Assembly: GCA_051294905.1 (NCBI GenBank)
Contig: CM119371.1
Location: 22,818,001-22,882,000, forward strand
DNA length: 64,000 bases
Source: Botryllus schlosseri
Lineage: Eukaryota
Reading direction: 5' to 3'
A program made the position numbers and the translations under genes. Positions within the stretch are counted from its first letter, which is position 1; the number at the start of each line of letters is the position of its first letter. Positions 12,429 to 24,904 of this stretch are shown here, piece after piece. The notes beneath the pieces were generated by a model. The model was not told the DNA's origin. It saw only the letters and a program-made list of their open reading frames with translations, and did not search any database.

Positions 12429-14301
12429 CAGTGTTTCTCAACCTTTTTGGCTTCGCGGACCCCTTTGGACCGTCACAGACCCTCGCGGACCCCCTCCAGT
12501 TTTTGTTCAAATTTAGCTCAATTATGTTGTAACCGCCATCTGTCTTGTGCAAATATGAACTGTAGGCTTGTGATAAACAGCAACAAAATGACCTTTCTTG
12601 AAAATAACACTATACTATTTACGTAGAAATTGGAGATACTTTTATTATTTAAAAGCTAGTTTTGCAGCTGTTTGTCTTGACGTACGTGGTCGTGTCTTGA
12701 GAATCCGCACCTTCGATTTGATATGAACGAGTGCCGAAAATCTACTTCCACACAAATAAATGGAGGCTAATGTTATATTAGGGCCATTCCATACCCAGAC
12801 AAACGATGTTCACATCACTACCTCTTCAGCTCTAACACCCAAGACATGATGTCCCAACACGCCCTGGACACGATGTCCAAATGGCAACACATCACGAACA
12901 CACCCTAGGCACGATGTCCGAGTTGCAAAACTGTCGAAAAGCACCCAAGACATGATGTCCCAAACACCTCCCAGACACGATGTCCGAGGGGCAAAACAGT
13001 CCGAACTCATCCCAGACCGGATGTCCGAATGGCAACACAGTCCGAACACACCCTAGACATGATATCCGCACACACCCCACACTCGATGTCCGAACACGCC
13101 CTACTAGTACTGCGTTTCCGTGTACAAATGAAGTGTGCTCTTGAAACTGCAATTTCATCACTTTACAGTCTCAAAACCCAAATCAAACAGCTATGAACGA
13201 ATTCTCGTTGAAGCAAACTTTCATATAAGATCGTTTTTTCCAAAATATTTTAATATGTTTTTAGCAATCCGCAGTCTAAATTGTGTAACGCCTGACTGAT
13301 TTTAGATCCCCCCCCCCAATTTAACCTTTGACCCTACCCTACAGGGTAATAAATTTCACTTGGAAATATGATCGATCAAACAAGCTTCAGATAAATCCAA
13401 GTGCCGTATCTCAACTGTCGTCCAACATCTAGCTACACCTTCTTGAATATTTCATTGATAAAACCTGAGATGTGCAGACCCGAAATGAGCAGAAAATTGT
13501 CAATTTTCAAAGTGACGTAACCTTTGACCCCAAAGTCCAATTTTGATAAAATAAAGTCCATCCTGTTTGGAATTAGGCTCATATGTGCGAGTACCAAATT
13601 TCAGGATATTTGAAGAGGTAGTGATGTGAACATCGTTTGTCTGTGCATGGAATGGCCCATTAACGCGTAACGCTTGCGACGACACTTTTGGTGTGCTCGC
13701 AACATTTATGGCACCAAAATGAAGAAACATATTGTTAATGAACATATCACGTTCAGCCTAGTCATTTTTATCTAGCATCTCATCTTGAAGTTATTCTGGA
13801 ATAGTGGTTATGTACACAAGATAGAATGAATTTCGTGGCGACGTTTCAATCCCTTCATTGGGACAAAGTAGGGAAACTACCTCCAGAATTTTTATTTCAA
13901 ACGACTGGTCACTAATTTGGTGAGACTGATAACTTCAAATCGAAAAGGTTTCACAAACATTTCGAAGTCGCCCGGATTGACCTTACTATGTGTTTTTATG
14001 TTTTCCACGAACCCCCCCAAAACGTCTCTAGACAGCAATATGTTTGTATCAGTAGGTTATTGGCAATTTGGCAATCAAAATGAATTTGCACAGTAGGATA
14101 TTTCAAGTCATACGATTATTCTGATGATGTGAGTCATGAGGTTTTAGCAGTTGTGAAGCGAGACTGCCTCATGTTTTCCCTAATTTAAAAAAATTATATA
14201 TTAGGTTTTCAATCATATTGATAATGTAGCGGTCTCGCGGACCCCCTGAAATTGCTTCGCGGACCACTAGGGGTCCGCGGACCCCCGGTTGAGAACCGCT
14301 G
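12429..14301 (-). mobile_element. hAT Charlie/Buster-type deletion derivative, family C, with a nested Sola-like insertion
   Basis: Ends CAGTGTTTCTCAACC / GGTTGAGAACCGCTG; atctag on both flanks; inverted homologue of 17755-19165. Confidence 0.87.
12781..13658. mobile_element. Non-autonomous Sola2-like DNA transposon with an internal minisatellite (~12835-13100)
   Basis: 48-bp TIRs GGGCCATTCCAT...TCTTCA (46/48 match); 4-bp TSD ATTA; GGG termini; absent from the sister family-C copy. Confidence 0.75.
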
Positions 14302-14461
14302 ATCTAGATCATATTATTATGAAGAATGTCGGTAAAACCGTTAAATTAAGTGTCACACAGGGACTAAAAATATCTCTATCCAAGACCACATCGTCATGCA
14401 GCAATTTTTCGGTCGGCATTCATCATCATCAGAACATTAATTCCGTACCAATGATCTATAT

Positions 14462-14849
14462 CAATGGTTCCCAACCTTTTTCGACCCATCGCCCCCTTTT
14501 CAAGGTCAACACCGAACATCGCCCCCCAAATTTTGTGTACCGAAAGTTGGGCATACAAACTGTAATCACCATCGGGTTGACTAAAAAAAAAAAAAAAAAA
14601 GGTCCAATTCTCGGCTCGATGTCCAATTTGACAAACTTTTGCAACTAAATTTCCGTGGGTTGCCTAAAAAAAAAGGTCAGCCGTTTTGACGCGTCATCGC
14701 CCCCCTATCGCCCCCTTCGCTATTTTCGCCCCCCCCCGTCGCCCCCTTTGTCCATTTTCGCCCCCCTGTCGCCCCCTTCGTCATTTTCGCCCCCCTAGAC
14801 CGCCAAATCGCCCCCTGGGGGGCGATATCGCCCACGTTGGGAACCACTG
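14462..14849. mobile_element. hAT Charlie/Buster-type MITE with TCGCCCCC repeats and a poly-A tract
   Basis: TIR CA(A/G)TGGTTCCCAAC; perfect TSD atctatat. Confidence 0.9.
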
Positions 14850-17031
14850 ATCTATATGTACGTACTATATGGCTACTGTACCGACTATTTCGCGGGTCCC
14901 AACCCTCACATACCGTATACGTCAGCAATATCAGGTGAAAATCATTAACAGGCTCATACGACTTTCTTTTTAGAAAGCATTTACACAATTATGGCATAAT
15001 TACACAACTTGAAGAAAAAACAATTTATAAAGGTTTTTGGTAAAACACTGTTTAAATCATGCTTTAAACAAAGTGTCTTAAACACCCATTTCTTTTAAAT
15101 GCAACGCTAGTTCAGGCACTCTGAAAGAGCACTCACTCAAGTTGCGCTATGAGATGAGATACCAATACCAACCAGTTTAATATGCATTGGGTACTCGCTC
15201 GATTGAGTGCTTACTGATTTCCTTCTGCGTAATATCCGAGTAGCCTGCCGAGCTAATCGTGTAGAAGCCTTTTATTATTCAACACAAAAACCGCCAATTT
15301 AGACACGCGGGTATCGGTGAACGAGCGAATTTTGGTACCATTACTTGTCGAAGAACACGTATACAGACATAACGTAACCAAGGCAAATACAGTAACATTC
15401 TAGTTTCCTGCAAACCATGCATATACCTTCAAGTATCTCCCATTCACCGTATTTACACTTTCCTGCATATGACATTGAAATCTATAGCATATGCACGGGA
15501 ACGCGATTAGCAACTACGGTATAAAAAAAAAACATATAGCATTCAGCTGGGCCAGGGGGAGAAAGCAACTGTCACCGTTATCAATTTGTCGTTATTTACT
15601 CTCACCCTTTCCCTATTGACATTACATGAATACGGTATCTTGATATGTCCTAAGAGGAGCAAACAATTATGCTTGCGAAACGCTTCAGGTCAAATCAGAG
15701 CAAACATTCATGTTTGCAAAATACGTTAGGTCAAATCATCAGCAAACAATCGGGCGTGCGAAATACTTGGGTCAGGTCATCTAGAACAGGCTCTTCAACC
15801 GGGTGTCTCGTACACCCTAGGCCTAGACCCTAGGGCATACCAAAATTGTTGGACGGTTAACCACTCAGATGGGGTGTACTGGGGTGTACCAGACACGCAA
15901 TAAAATATACCAATGACAGCTATCACAATGAAAAGGAAGGTTTGCGCTTCATAACATGTTGACCGGGCATGAAATATCGTACAATCTTCATATAAATTGT
16001 ACGTAACTTGTAAGTAACATTCCTATTTAGTTGTCATGACTCATGAGCCAATGCTCATCATTTAAACTTTAGTAATGTACTTATTGGTTCCTTTTTGAAT
16101 AGATCAGGATGATGTTGACATATGTTATGTTCAGTTTGTGATATCTGTCTATGATGATTCTCTAGGAGCCCGCCGCGAGAGCTCGGAAATATTGAATTAA
16201 CTTTCTGCAAGATCCTTATAAATAGCTCAGGGTACATAATTGCAGGAGCGTAGGCTAGGGTTACTATATCTTTGTGACTCAAATTCCGGACACCCCTTAG
16301 TGCCCACTAACGGATTTCAAAATGAGGTATGAGCACACTGTCAGTCGATATGACGTCACATTGGCAAAGAATTGTCTATCGACCAGAGGTACGCTGTAAA
16401 AAAAAACTTTGTAGTACTCATGGTCTAGCCCTGTCCCACCTCTTTCATGCCTAGACATGAAACAACACTGTTCCAGCCCGCTTGTTGACCCCCATTATTC
16501 TACCTCACATAGTATGCATTAACCATGTCTGAAAAAGGATCCAAATGACTTTTCACCTCAACCAATGTTCACAAAATCTGTTTTTAGATACATTTTCAAT
16601 AAAGCAATTTCTATCAAGGCTGGGGCCGTTATGTAATCCAGCACATTGGAAGCTCTGTTAATATAACGAGTTGCTACATATATAGATGGGTGTGTAATTA
16701 GGGAATACTAACATTTCAGGTGGCTGTCAGATTTCCATTGACACGTAGAAGCCTTTCTCGTGTTTGAACTTGAAATTTAAAATCCATTTCGGCGTTTTCA
16801 TGAAATTAAAATGAGATGTAGTGACTCATATAATTTCCATGTTAGAATCAACGTTCATTTCGCAGTGTAGTCACGATCCGGTTTAGGAGTATGTGGTTGA
16901 AAGTTGTAACCAGGACCGAAAACACATTTATTCATACCCCTCCCAACCAGTGGCGTAGCAGCCACTTGGCGGTTCTGGCTCTGCGCCAGGGGCGACAGGC
17001 GCCAAGGGGGCGGCAAAATGAGGCTGCAACT

Positions 17032-17286
17032 TAAGGGAGAGAGGGAGATGGTATTCTTCTTCGCCTGCGCCATCGAGATGCTTTCGCGACGGAGATGCGA
17101 TACGGAGTTCATAGTAACGTCATCTAGGCTGCACCCCCGTTTTTTCTCCTCCGTGATTGCTGAGCACCGAGCGGGATAACCGTGGATACCAGTTTTCGAG
17201 TCTTTGGTCTGACCCGGCCGGAGATCGACCCCACGACCTACCGATCAAGAAGCCGAACGCATCACCACTACACTACCTCGCTCGGC
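17032..17286 (-). mobile_element. tRNA-derived SINE (V-SINE-like), diverged copy
   Basis: Minus strand: A box TAGTGTAGTGG, B box-like GGGTCGATCTCC, then GACCAAAGAC...TGGTATC; homologous to 28581-28861. Confidence 0.7.
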
Positions 17287-17754
17287 ACAGTGTACACAAC
17301 CGGCTAAAAGAAGGGTAATTGGTAGTCCTATAGCTGGCGTCCCGTGAGCTAAAATTTAATCAAACAGGTCTCAATCGAAAGCTAGTGTTGCGCTGATTCC
17401 GAAAACACGATTTATTATGTTAACATGTCGATGGAACCACTCCGAAATTGCCGTCAAGGCCGATTGTTCGGAGAGTTCGCAGAAAAAGGAGAATGCCTGG
17501 CGAACAATTAGAAGATGCTGGCCTCAGTGTTGTTGGAAAAGTTAGACGATGCATGTTTCAAGCTTTGGACAGATTTAAACTTGAAGCTGAAACTAGGTTT
17601 ACCGGTATACGCCACTTAACTGATATGTTTTGATTTTTGAATTCCCACGCGCTGCTGCAAAGCGAAAGTCACAATTTATTCATCAGCGCTTTTAGAAGCA
17701 CGACGACGAGGTGGACTTTTTGGAGTTAGCTGCGAAAACTGTCATGCCTTACAC

Positions 17755-19165
17755 CAGCGGTTCTCAACCGGGGGTCTGCGGACCCCCAGGGGTTCGCGAA
17801 GCAATTTCAGGGGGTCCGCGAGACCTCTAAATTTTTAAAATGGTTGATAACGTAATTTTTATTTCATTTTTTTTTTAATTTGAGAAAGCATGAGGGAGTT
17901 TCGCACCACAACTGCTAAAACCTCATGACTCATTTCATCATCATAATAATCGTCTGACATGAGCTATCGTAGTGTGCAAAATCATTTTCATTGCCAATTT
18001 TTCAATAACCTGCTGTTACAAACATATTGCTGTTTAGAGACGTTTTGTTGGGGTTTGCGGAAAAAATAAAAATACGGGTGACTTCGTATTGTTTGCCAAG
18101 CCTTCTCGATGCGAAGTCGTCAGTCTCATAAAATTAGTGAACAGTCGTTTGAAATAAAAATGTCCGAAGTATTTCCCCAATTTGTCCCAATGCAGGGATT
18201 AAAACCTCGCCCCGAAATCCATTTTATCCTGTAACCACTATTTGAACAGCTTCTTGGAGGTACAGAACTTCAATATACAATTAACCTATATTCATATTGA
18301 AATGAACCCGTGTATTTTCGGCAGACAATCGTCATAAATCAGACAATGACATACCTGCCCTTAAAGCTCGGCTATCACATTAGACACATTCTTATTGCGG
18401 ATCCCCTATCGACAAGGCTGTTTTTTTTATGAACAATGAGTGCTTCGTTGCTATCAAAGCATTACGCTCCGACCATGAAATTCATATCACCATCAGTTAT
18501 ATTGGTATGCAGACTTGTCTTGTTAATGTTGAATTGTTCATGGTCGAAAATGTTTGCTCGTAAATATATATGTAAACCCGAACATAACAAGTCGTTTCCT
18601 GACAGTCTTTCTCGGGTTGGAAAACTTGGATCCATTCTTTGGCGCATAAAATTTGTCTATACTTTTAGATTAGGATTTCACTTAGACGGTAGAAACTCTT
18701 TGCGATCCGTATGTTGCCCGTCCATGCGCTAGATGCTGCACGTGATATGTTCTTAAAGTATATGTTTCTTCATTTTGGTGCCATAAATGTTGCGATAACA
18801 CCAAAAGTATCGTCAGAAGCGTATTGCGTTAGCCTCCATCTATCTTTGCGGAAATGGTTTTCGGCACTCCTCGTTCATATCAAAACGAAGACGCGGATTT
18901 TCAAGACACGACCTATGAAGAAATACAGCAGCAAAATTAGCTTTGAAATGATAAAAGTATACCAATTTCTACATAAATGGTATGAGGTTATTTTCAAGAA
19001 AATCATTATTTTGCTGTTTATCACAAGCCTACAGTTCATATTTGCACAAGGCAGATGCAGGTCGCACCATAATAGAGCTAAAATCGAACTAAAACTTGAG
19101 GGGGTCCGCGAGGGTCCGTGACGGTCAAAAGGGGTCCGCGAAGCCAAAAAGGTTGAGAGCCACTG
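17755..19165 (+). mobile_element. hAT Charlie/Buster-type deletion derivative, family C
   Basis: Ends CAGCGGTTCTCAACC / GGTTGAGAGCCACTG; perfect TSD ccttacac; remnant ASIYLCG.GF...IKTKTR near 18830-18897. Confidence 0.92.
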
Positions 19166-21989
19166 CCTTACACTTTCGAATTATAGGGATCATATAAATC
19201 AGAAGATTGCTAGCTTTTCGTGCAAACCATATGAATCATATGAAGTTGTTCAACTTGAGATTTTAAAAGGGTTAAGAGACTGGTGCGGAGCGCTTGATCG
19301 TAGTGCAACAGCGTTTGATGTTTTACAGTGGTTAGTTAATGCAAAGCTACTTGATTCGACACCATATTTATGCTCGTTTCTGAAACTTTATCTGACCATA
19401 TTGGTGTTTCAATTGCGAGCTGTGTGAGGAGCTTCTCAAAGCTCAAACTGATTAAGTCTTATTACATTCTACCATGAATGATGATCGGCTATCAGCTCTA
19501 TCCGTTCTGTCTATAGAAAGAGACTACGTTCAAAAACTTGAATTTAAGGATATTATCGCTGATTTTGCTTTGAGGCGGCTATTGATTTTCTATTTGCGCA
19601 ATGCATTCGTTCGCTATTTCTTGTCTTTATTATTTTTGGCCTTATGGACGTTGAGACGGTGAGGCTGAGACGCGGCATACTATTTATAATTATTTTTATT
19701 GACAAGATCGCTTGAACATGAATATATGTCGAAATTTGCTGCGGTCTACTTAGGGGAGGGGCGGCATTTTTAGCGAGAGCCAGGGGCGGCGGCACATGCT
19801 GCTACGCCAGTGCTCCCAACCCCATAGACACCGATTGAAGCTAGCGGTAGATCTGGTGGATGATGACTTCAAAATGCTGGGATCGTGAATATAAATCGTT
19901 AACTCATTTTCGTGTCACACCGACAAAATTATATATCAGCCTAATGCTGGTGCACACAACTGAGTTACATAAACACCAAGCATCTGGTGGTTTTCAAGCT
20001 TTAGTCGCGACTCCTTGTCTAATTTCAAAATGGTCCGTGGCCCAGCTCCAAAGTTTATAAGCTGATTATTAAAAAAAGGACAGCCCCTTTCCCATATTTA
20101 CTTGCAGACTATCTTGGAAGCTGAATACGCCCCAGAATAAAAACAAACGACACCCCCCTCGATTTAGAACCTCTATCTTTGAATAAAGCATTTAACCCGT
20201 CTCTAGGAATGTACCGATCCGTTATAATTGTCAATACAATTCGACTTATTTCAGTAAGTGAACGTTATTTTTTATTTACCTTTGATTGCAGTTTTTGCGG
20301 GAACGGTAGTCCCCATATAAAAATCAATCTGCGCAAATATAATATTGTTGATGTTACTTTACAAAAAAATTATGAGCCTACTTCAATCCTTTAAAATTCC
20401 GAACATTTATATATACATATTTTAGAATTTCCTCCCGGAAGCAGTTTTAACAAAGAAATTCCGGACATGCCCGGGAAATTCCGGACGTATGGTGACCCTA
20501 GCGTAGCCATGATGTCTCAGAGGTGTCGAGTTTGAGAGCACTTCTGCTATATGGTGGCCCTGTAATCTAGAGCCCTGATTAGTATTTCGCGCTACAAATA
20601 CGTTGCAGCCTTGTTCATCCTTATTTCAACAGGCCAGAGGTAACCAACCTGCAGAGGTTGCATGCAGCCGTTTATAATCATGCGGTACCCAACACATAAT
20701 AAATTAGCGTGTGTTTGCGACCGTCAATATGCAATTTGAATTAACGAATTGGTTCCATAATCTTTTAGATATTACAAACTTGAAAATTAGTACAATAGTC
20801 TAAGTACGAGTGCGAAATGCAGAGGAAAACGATGCACCCATAAAAAATACCAAGTCGGAATCGTGTGCCTCTTACGAATGAAGGGTTTCTTTGTACGTTT
20901 GGGGAGATCACAAAATATGTTTCGACAACGCCTACAATCCTGATGTGAGGTCAAAAAATAACCATATGGAACACAGTCATCAATAAAAACCGGAAGATGT
21001 ATCATCATAAATTTTGTGCCCATAATTTTGAAGACACCCTCTCCGTAAGCTTTCCTAACATTTATACTCGCGATTATGGTGAAGTGAAAGTAAGTTGGCG
21101 GAGTGTGATCTGCTGTTTCAAATTCAAACTTTCATAGGCAAGGTATACATCGCAAGAAATTAGTGAAGACACAGAACAACACAAGGGATCTCCGCGGTGC
21201 GAAGTCCAGGCCAATTTAACATGGGGATATGACATCCAGATGGGCCATGACAACTTTCCGCCAGAATACCGCTGTGAAGCACCCCTGGATTAGGCTTACT
21301 ATATGGATCATTGAGTTATGTGGTTAGGGATGTACTAGTTTCCAGTAACTGTTAAAAGGATGTGCCACAACGAATAAGGTTGGATAGCACTGTTTTAGAA
21401 TATAGATCAGTATAGTTCACAAACTTTGCAGGACACGCTCCATTGATGACGGTGAAAAGTTTCGCGCCCCCTCACTCATCGTGATATCCAAAAATAATGA
21501 AAAGAGCAACCGGAATGTTAGCAATCCCAACGCATTTTTTGACGTCATCCAAGATTATCACTTTTGCGAGAGCTCTCAAATATGTAATGTAGAAGACGCA
21601 CGAGGCAATAATTAGGAGTTGAAAGCAAATCGTACTGCGCGCGAAAAAACTTACACTGGAATATCTTGTCAAATGAATCCTGTGCAATTTTAGCAAATTT
21701 AATGTCTATAATCCCTTATATTTTCGGACTTTGGATTGGCTCAAACGTACCTGACCATAAACTAGATAGAAAGTTAGCAGCGTAGGCCGCACAACATCAA
21801 AATCGGCACTTTGTTACGGGATTGTCTTCATATGCTTTCACGCACCCTCCTGTTTAAGAACTATACTGACCTAGATTATAAAACTAGGACTTGGAAAAAT
21901 TGAATATATAGGTCATTCGGTACCGAGTCTGGTATTCGATGACCGCCTATTAGTGTGCGATAACATTAAGTAATGACCTGAAATAGTCT

Positions 21990-22200
21990 GTGGCGAGATA
22001 GCGCAGTGGCATAATCCGCTGCTGCGGCATCAATGGGTGCGGGTTCGATTCCGACCGAGGTCGACTTCCCGATTCCGATACCTAAGTGTTGGAGGTTTAC
22101 CTAGGCTCTTCCTCGCCTCCTCATCCGCGTCAGCGGTGACTTACGAAAAGCCTAGAGGCGGGCCGTGCTATAAGTCGGCAGTTACGAAAAATAAGAAGAA
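21990..22200 (+). mobile_element. tRNA-derived SINE of a different family
   Basis: A box TAGCGCAGTGG, B box GGTTCGATTCC, body, A-rich end aaaaataagaagaa; no clean cloverleaf seen. Confidence 0.6.
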
Positions 22201-22413
22201 TATCGGCCTTGTGTAAATGACCACAGTAGTCGACAAACACCATGAATACCACAAAAAAAAAAACTGAAATGGTCGTTTGGATCCTAGATATGCGGTACCA
22301 GAAACCTTTCATGACTGACCAATGGTCAGTGACCATGAGCTACGAGCGCTACAAAGTTTAAGGAACACTGACCGAAAGAGAAAACTATATTTCATGTCAA
22401 TAAAGTAACTCTT

Positions 22414-23138
22414 TAGGGGTGTCAAACTCAAATCGCTCGAGGGCCGGATCAGTCAACTGATTCTAAAATGTTACCTCGTGCTCTTGCTTTTCACTTGAAT
22501 ACCTTAAAAGCATATAGAGATAATACACGGATCGGTATTTAAAGTAGGAGTAGCAAGTCGCATAACATCTATTCGCAATTCGGAATTTGCTGAAATACGA
22601 TGATTGCCAGTTGAATACAGTGGCGTTCAAGAAGATATAAGTAGCCATATTCTATGCTCCCTTTGATTTAGCCGTAGTCTGGCGTTAGCCCTGCATATGG
22701 GTTGCGAGGAATAAAATATATTTAATTGAAAACGCGGACGTCAGAGTTTGGTTATTATTATTAAACCGCGAGTCCGGTTTTTCTGATGTCTGGGGATATA
22801 TTGGGTTGAAATTGACCCATATTGACCCAGTGCGACCATAAATCTTTCATTATATATTTGTGGCACTATTATATTTTCCCTGTCTATAACGGTTCCGCAT
22901 TGGCGTTTTCGCTTCTGTGAAGAACTACCTTTTTGGTCCATATTTGTATAAAACTACGAACTTAGTGTGCACTTTTTGCCTTCTTGAAATTGGATGTTGA
23001 TTTCACCGAATTGTTACTATAGTGGTAACTAGAGTGAAACCACAGCGCTGTAGTCGGGTAATGGGCATTATAAATATGGAAGTATTTCCTGCAAAATATC
23101 TCAACATTTGTTACAAATGTGTATGTTTGACACCCCTG
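22414..23138 (+). mobile_element. Degenerate hAT Charlie-type element; partial relative at ~39045-39378
   Basis: Ends (t)aggggtgtcaaac / gtttgacacccctg; shared internal sequence with 39045-39378. Confidence 0.7.
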
Positions 23139-24433
23139 TCTTAGGGTCAAACACGTTCAATGTCGTTACATGAGAAATAAATCTAATATCTATGCAATCG
23201 GATATAAGTACTCGAATCATTGTACCCAATCTTACCTCGGCCATATGAGCTACCGTTATTTGGAAGCACGTTTGTAGGCACGGGCAAGCTTGCACACATA
23301 ATTAGTCGTTTACTTTGTAATGATATTCTCGTTTCCACATGATTCTATATGCCTCGATGCTAATCATCACCCTTTACTCAAGAAACAGACGAGGTCACAC
23401 CATTCATTTCTGAAAGCGTTCTGGAGCATTGTTACTGTGTAAGTAGAGTCCAAAATAAAACTCGAAACGAATCAGTACAAAATAGCGACAAAGAAATCAC
23501 AGTAGCATACAAAAACGACTCTTAAAATCCGCCCAAAAGAATATTAACGTTTCAACAGTTTGAGTAGTATTGAATAATCAAAACGAATGAAGAACGAGAT
23601 GAAATTGCTGCAGCTGTGGTCGACGAATCTTATGGTGTTAATCCAGCATGGAATTGATGAAAGTAGTTTCACATCTTGCAGCGTCAGATAATCGGCTCTA
23701 ATACGCGTGTCAGACCAATATTGCAATTGCAGATGGAACACTTGATTATAGGTGATAATAGTTTTGTGGTTTTACAAGGTTCATACCCGGCATTCGATCA
23801 CAAAAAGCGTTGCATTACAAATACCTAAACATAGAACTGGACCGTGTTATAAGTCGGTAGCTGAGGAAACATAATGAAGAATTCGGGCATGGTAAAAAGA
23901 CAGTGATTCCCAATGTGGGCGATTTTGAGGGACAAGGGACGATTGTTGGACGAAAATGGTAAAGCCTCCAGTGGGATGTATTCAATTGACACGGCCAAAA
24001 TGTACATGAACGCATCTTATTGTGCGTAGGACGCGAAGGTTGACTAAAAAAGGTTAACTCAACCCAAAGTAGTCTCGGAATCCGGTTTCCGAGCACCGTC
24101 TCGGACAAATGACCATTTTTCTAGGCAATTCACCAGCGATCAGAGTTAGGTGAATACCTTTCCCGTTTATATGTCCACTTTTCCGGATCCGTGAATATGG
24201 GGGAGGGGAGCGAAATTTGTGTCGAGCTGGATAACAGGACGATGAGTCGAAAAAGATTGGGAACCACTGGTGTGAAATGAACAATACTGATCAACAACAA
24301 CAGCAATATGCAACAATCGCGAGTATTGCCGTTATATGGTTGAATGTTATCTCATGAATATTGTTAGAAGTATAGAAACATGCACATTGCACAAACTAAA
24401 CAGGTCAACATACATATTTTATATCGTAAATTA

Positions 24434-24439
24434 TTTATT
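24434..24439 (-). promoter_or_regulatory. Candidate polyadenylation signal (AATAAA) of GCNT-like copy B
   Basis: AATAAA on the minus strand about 270 nt after the stop codon. Confidence 0.4.
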
Positions 24440-24707
24440 TACTTGCCTCCGCTACAGGTTGAAACGATTGAAACATTTTTGGAACCTGCAACACGTACTA
24501 TGCTAAGCTACGTGCAACCGCAGTCGTGAGACTCACACCATTCGATAATGGAACTTTTTGCGGGCCGCTCAACTATACTCGGCGGGCAGCAGTTCGCATT
24601 TCCCTGTGTTCGATCTCATAGACTCACAGTATTCTGTCATCCAGCCTTCTGTGGATGTAATTAGGAGCCATCGGCAATCACATCCGCTTCAGCAATGCAC
24701 TATTCCG

Positions 24708-24904
24708 TCAGGTCTTCATAGGCTGCTGATGCGGGTTTTTGTCAGTTGTCAACCCTCTAGTTCTGTCGTCGATCAGCAGACGCAGACACCGCGTTGGTAT
24801 TGAATCATATTTGATGTCGAACTTGTTAACGAAGAGTTCTTGCCTGTCCGTTATCCACCACAAACCACCGGCGCCGAACACACACGAGTTATGTTGCCAG
24901 TATC
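24708..24904 (-). CDS. GCNT-like copy B, terminal coding exon 5
   Basis: ctaatcttacag|GYWQHNSCVFGAGGLWW...LFVNKFD...RCL; stop TGA at 24710-24708. Confidence 0.92.

Larger units (their letters stand above)
16948..19812 (+). mobile_element. hAT Tip100/ZMYM1-like deletion derivative with decayed transposase C-terminus; hosts a SINE and a family-C element
   Basis: TIR CA(G/C)TGGCGTAGCAGC; perfect TSD ctcccaac; remnants RRVRRKRRMPGE (17448-17633) and SIASCVRSFSKLKLIKSY / STMNDDRLSALSVLSIE (~19410-19570), the hAT dimerisation domain. Confidence 0.92.

Noticed and set aside
21990..22065. tRNA gene (also ~17210-17286 and ~28790-28861)
   Set aside because: A/B boxes are present but I saw no convincing cloverleaf, and each continues into a SINE-like body and tail
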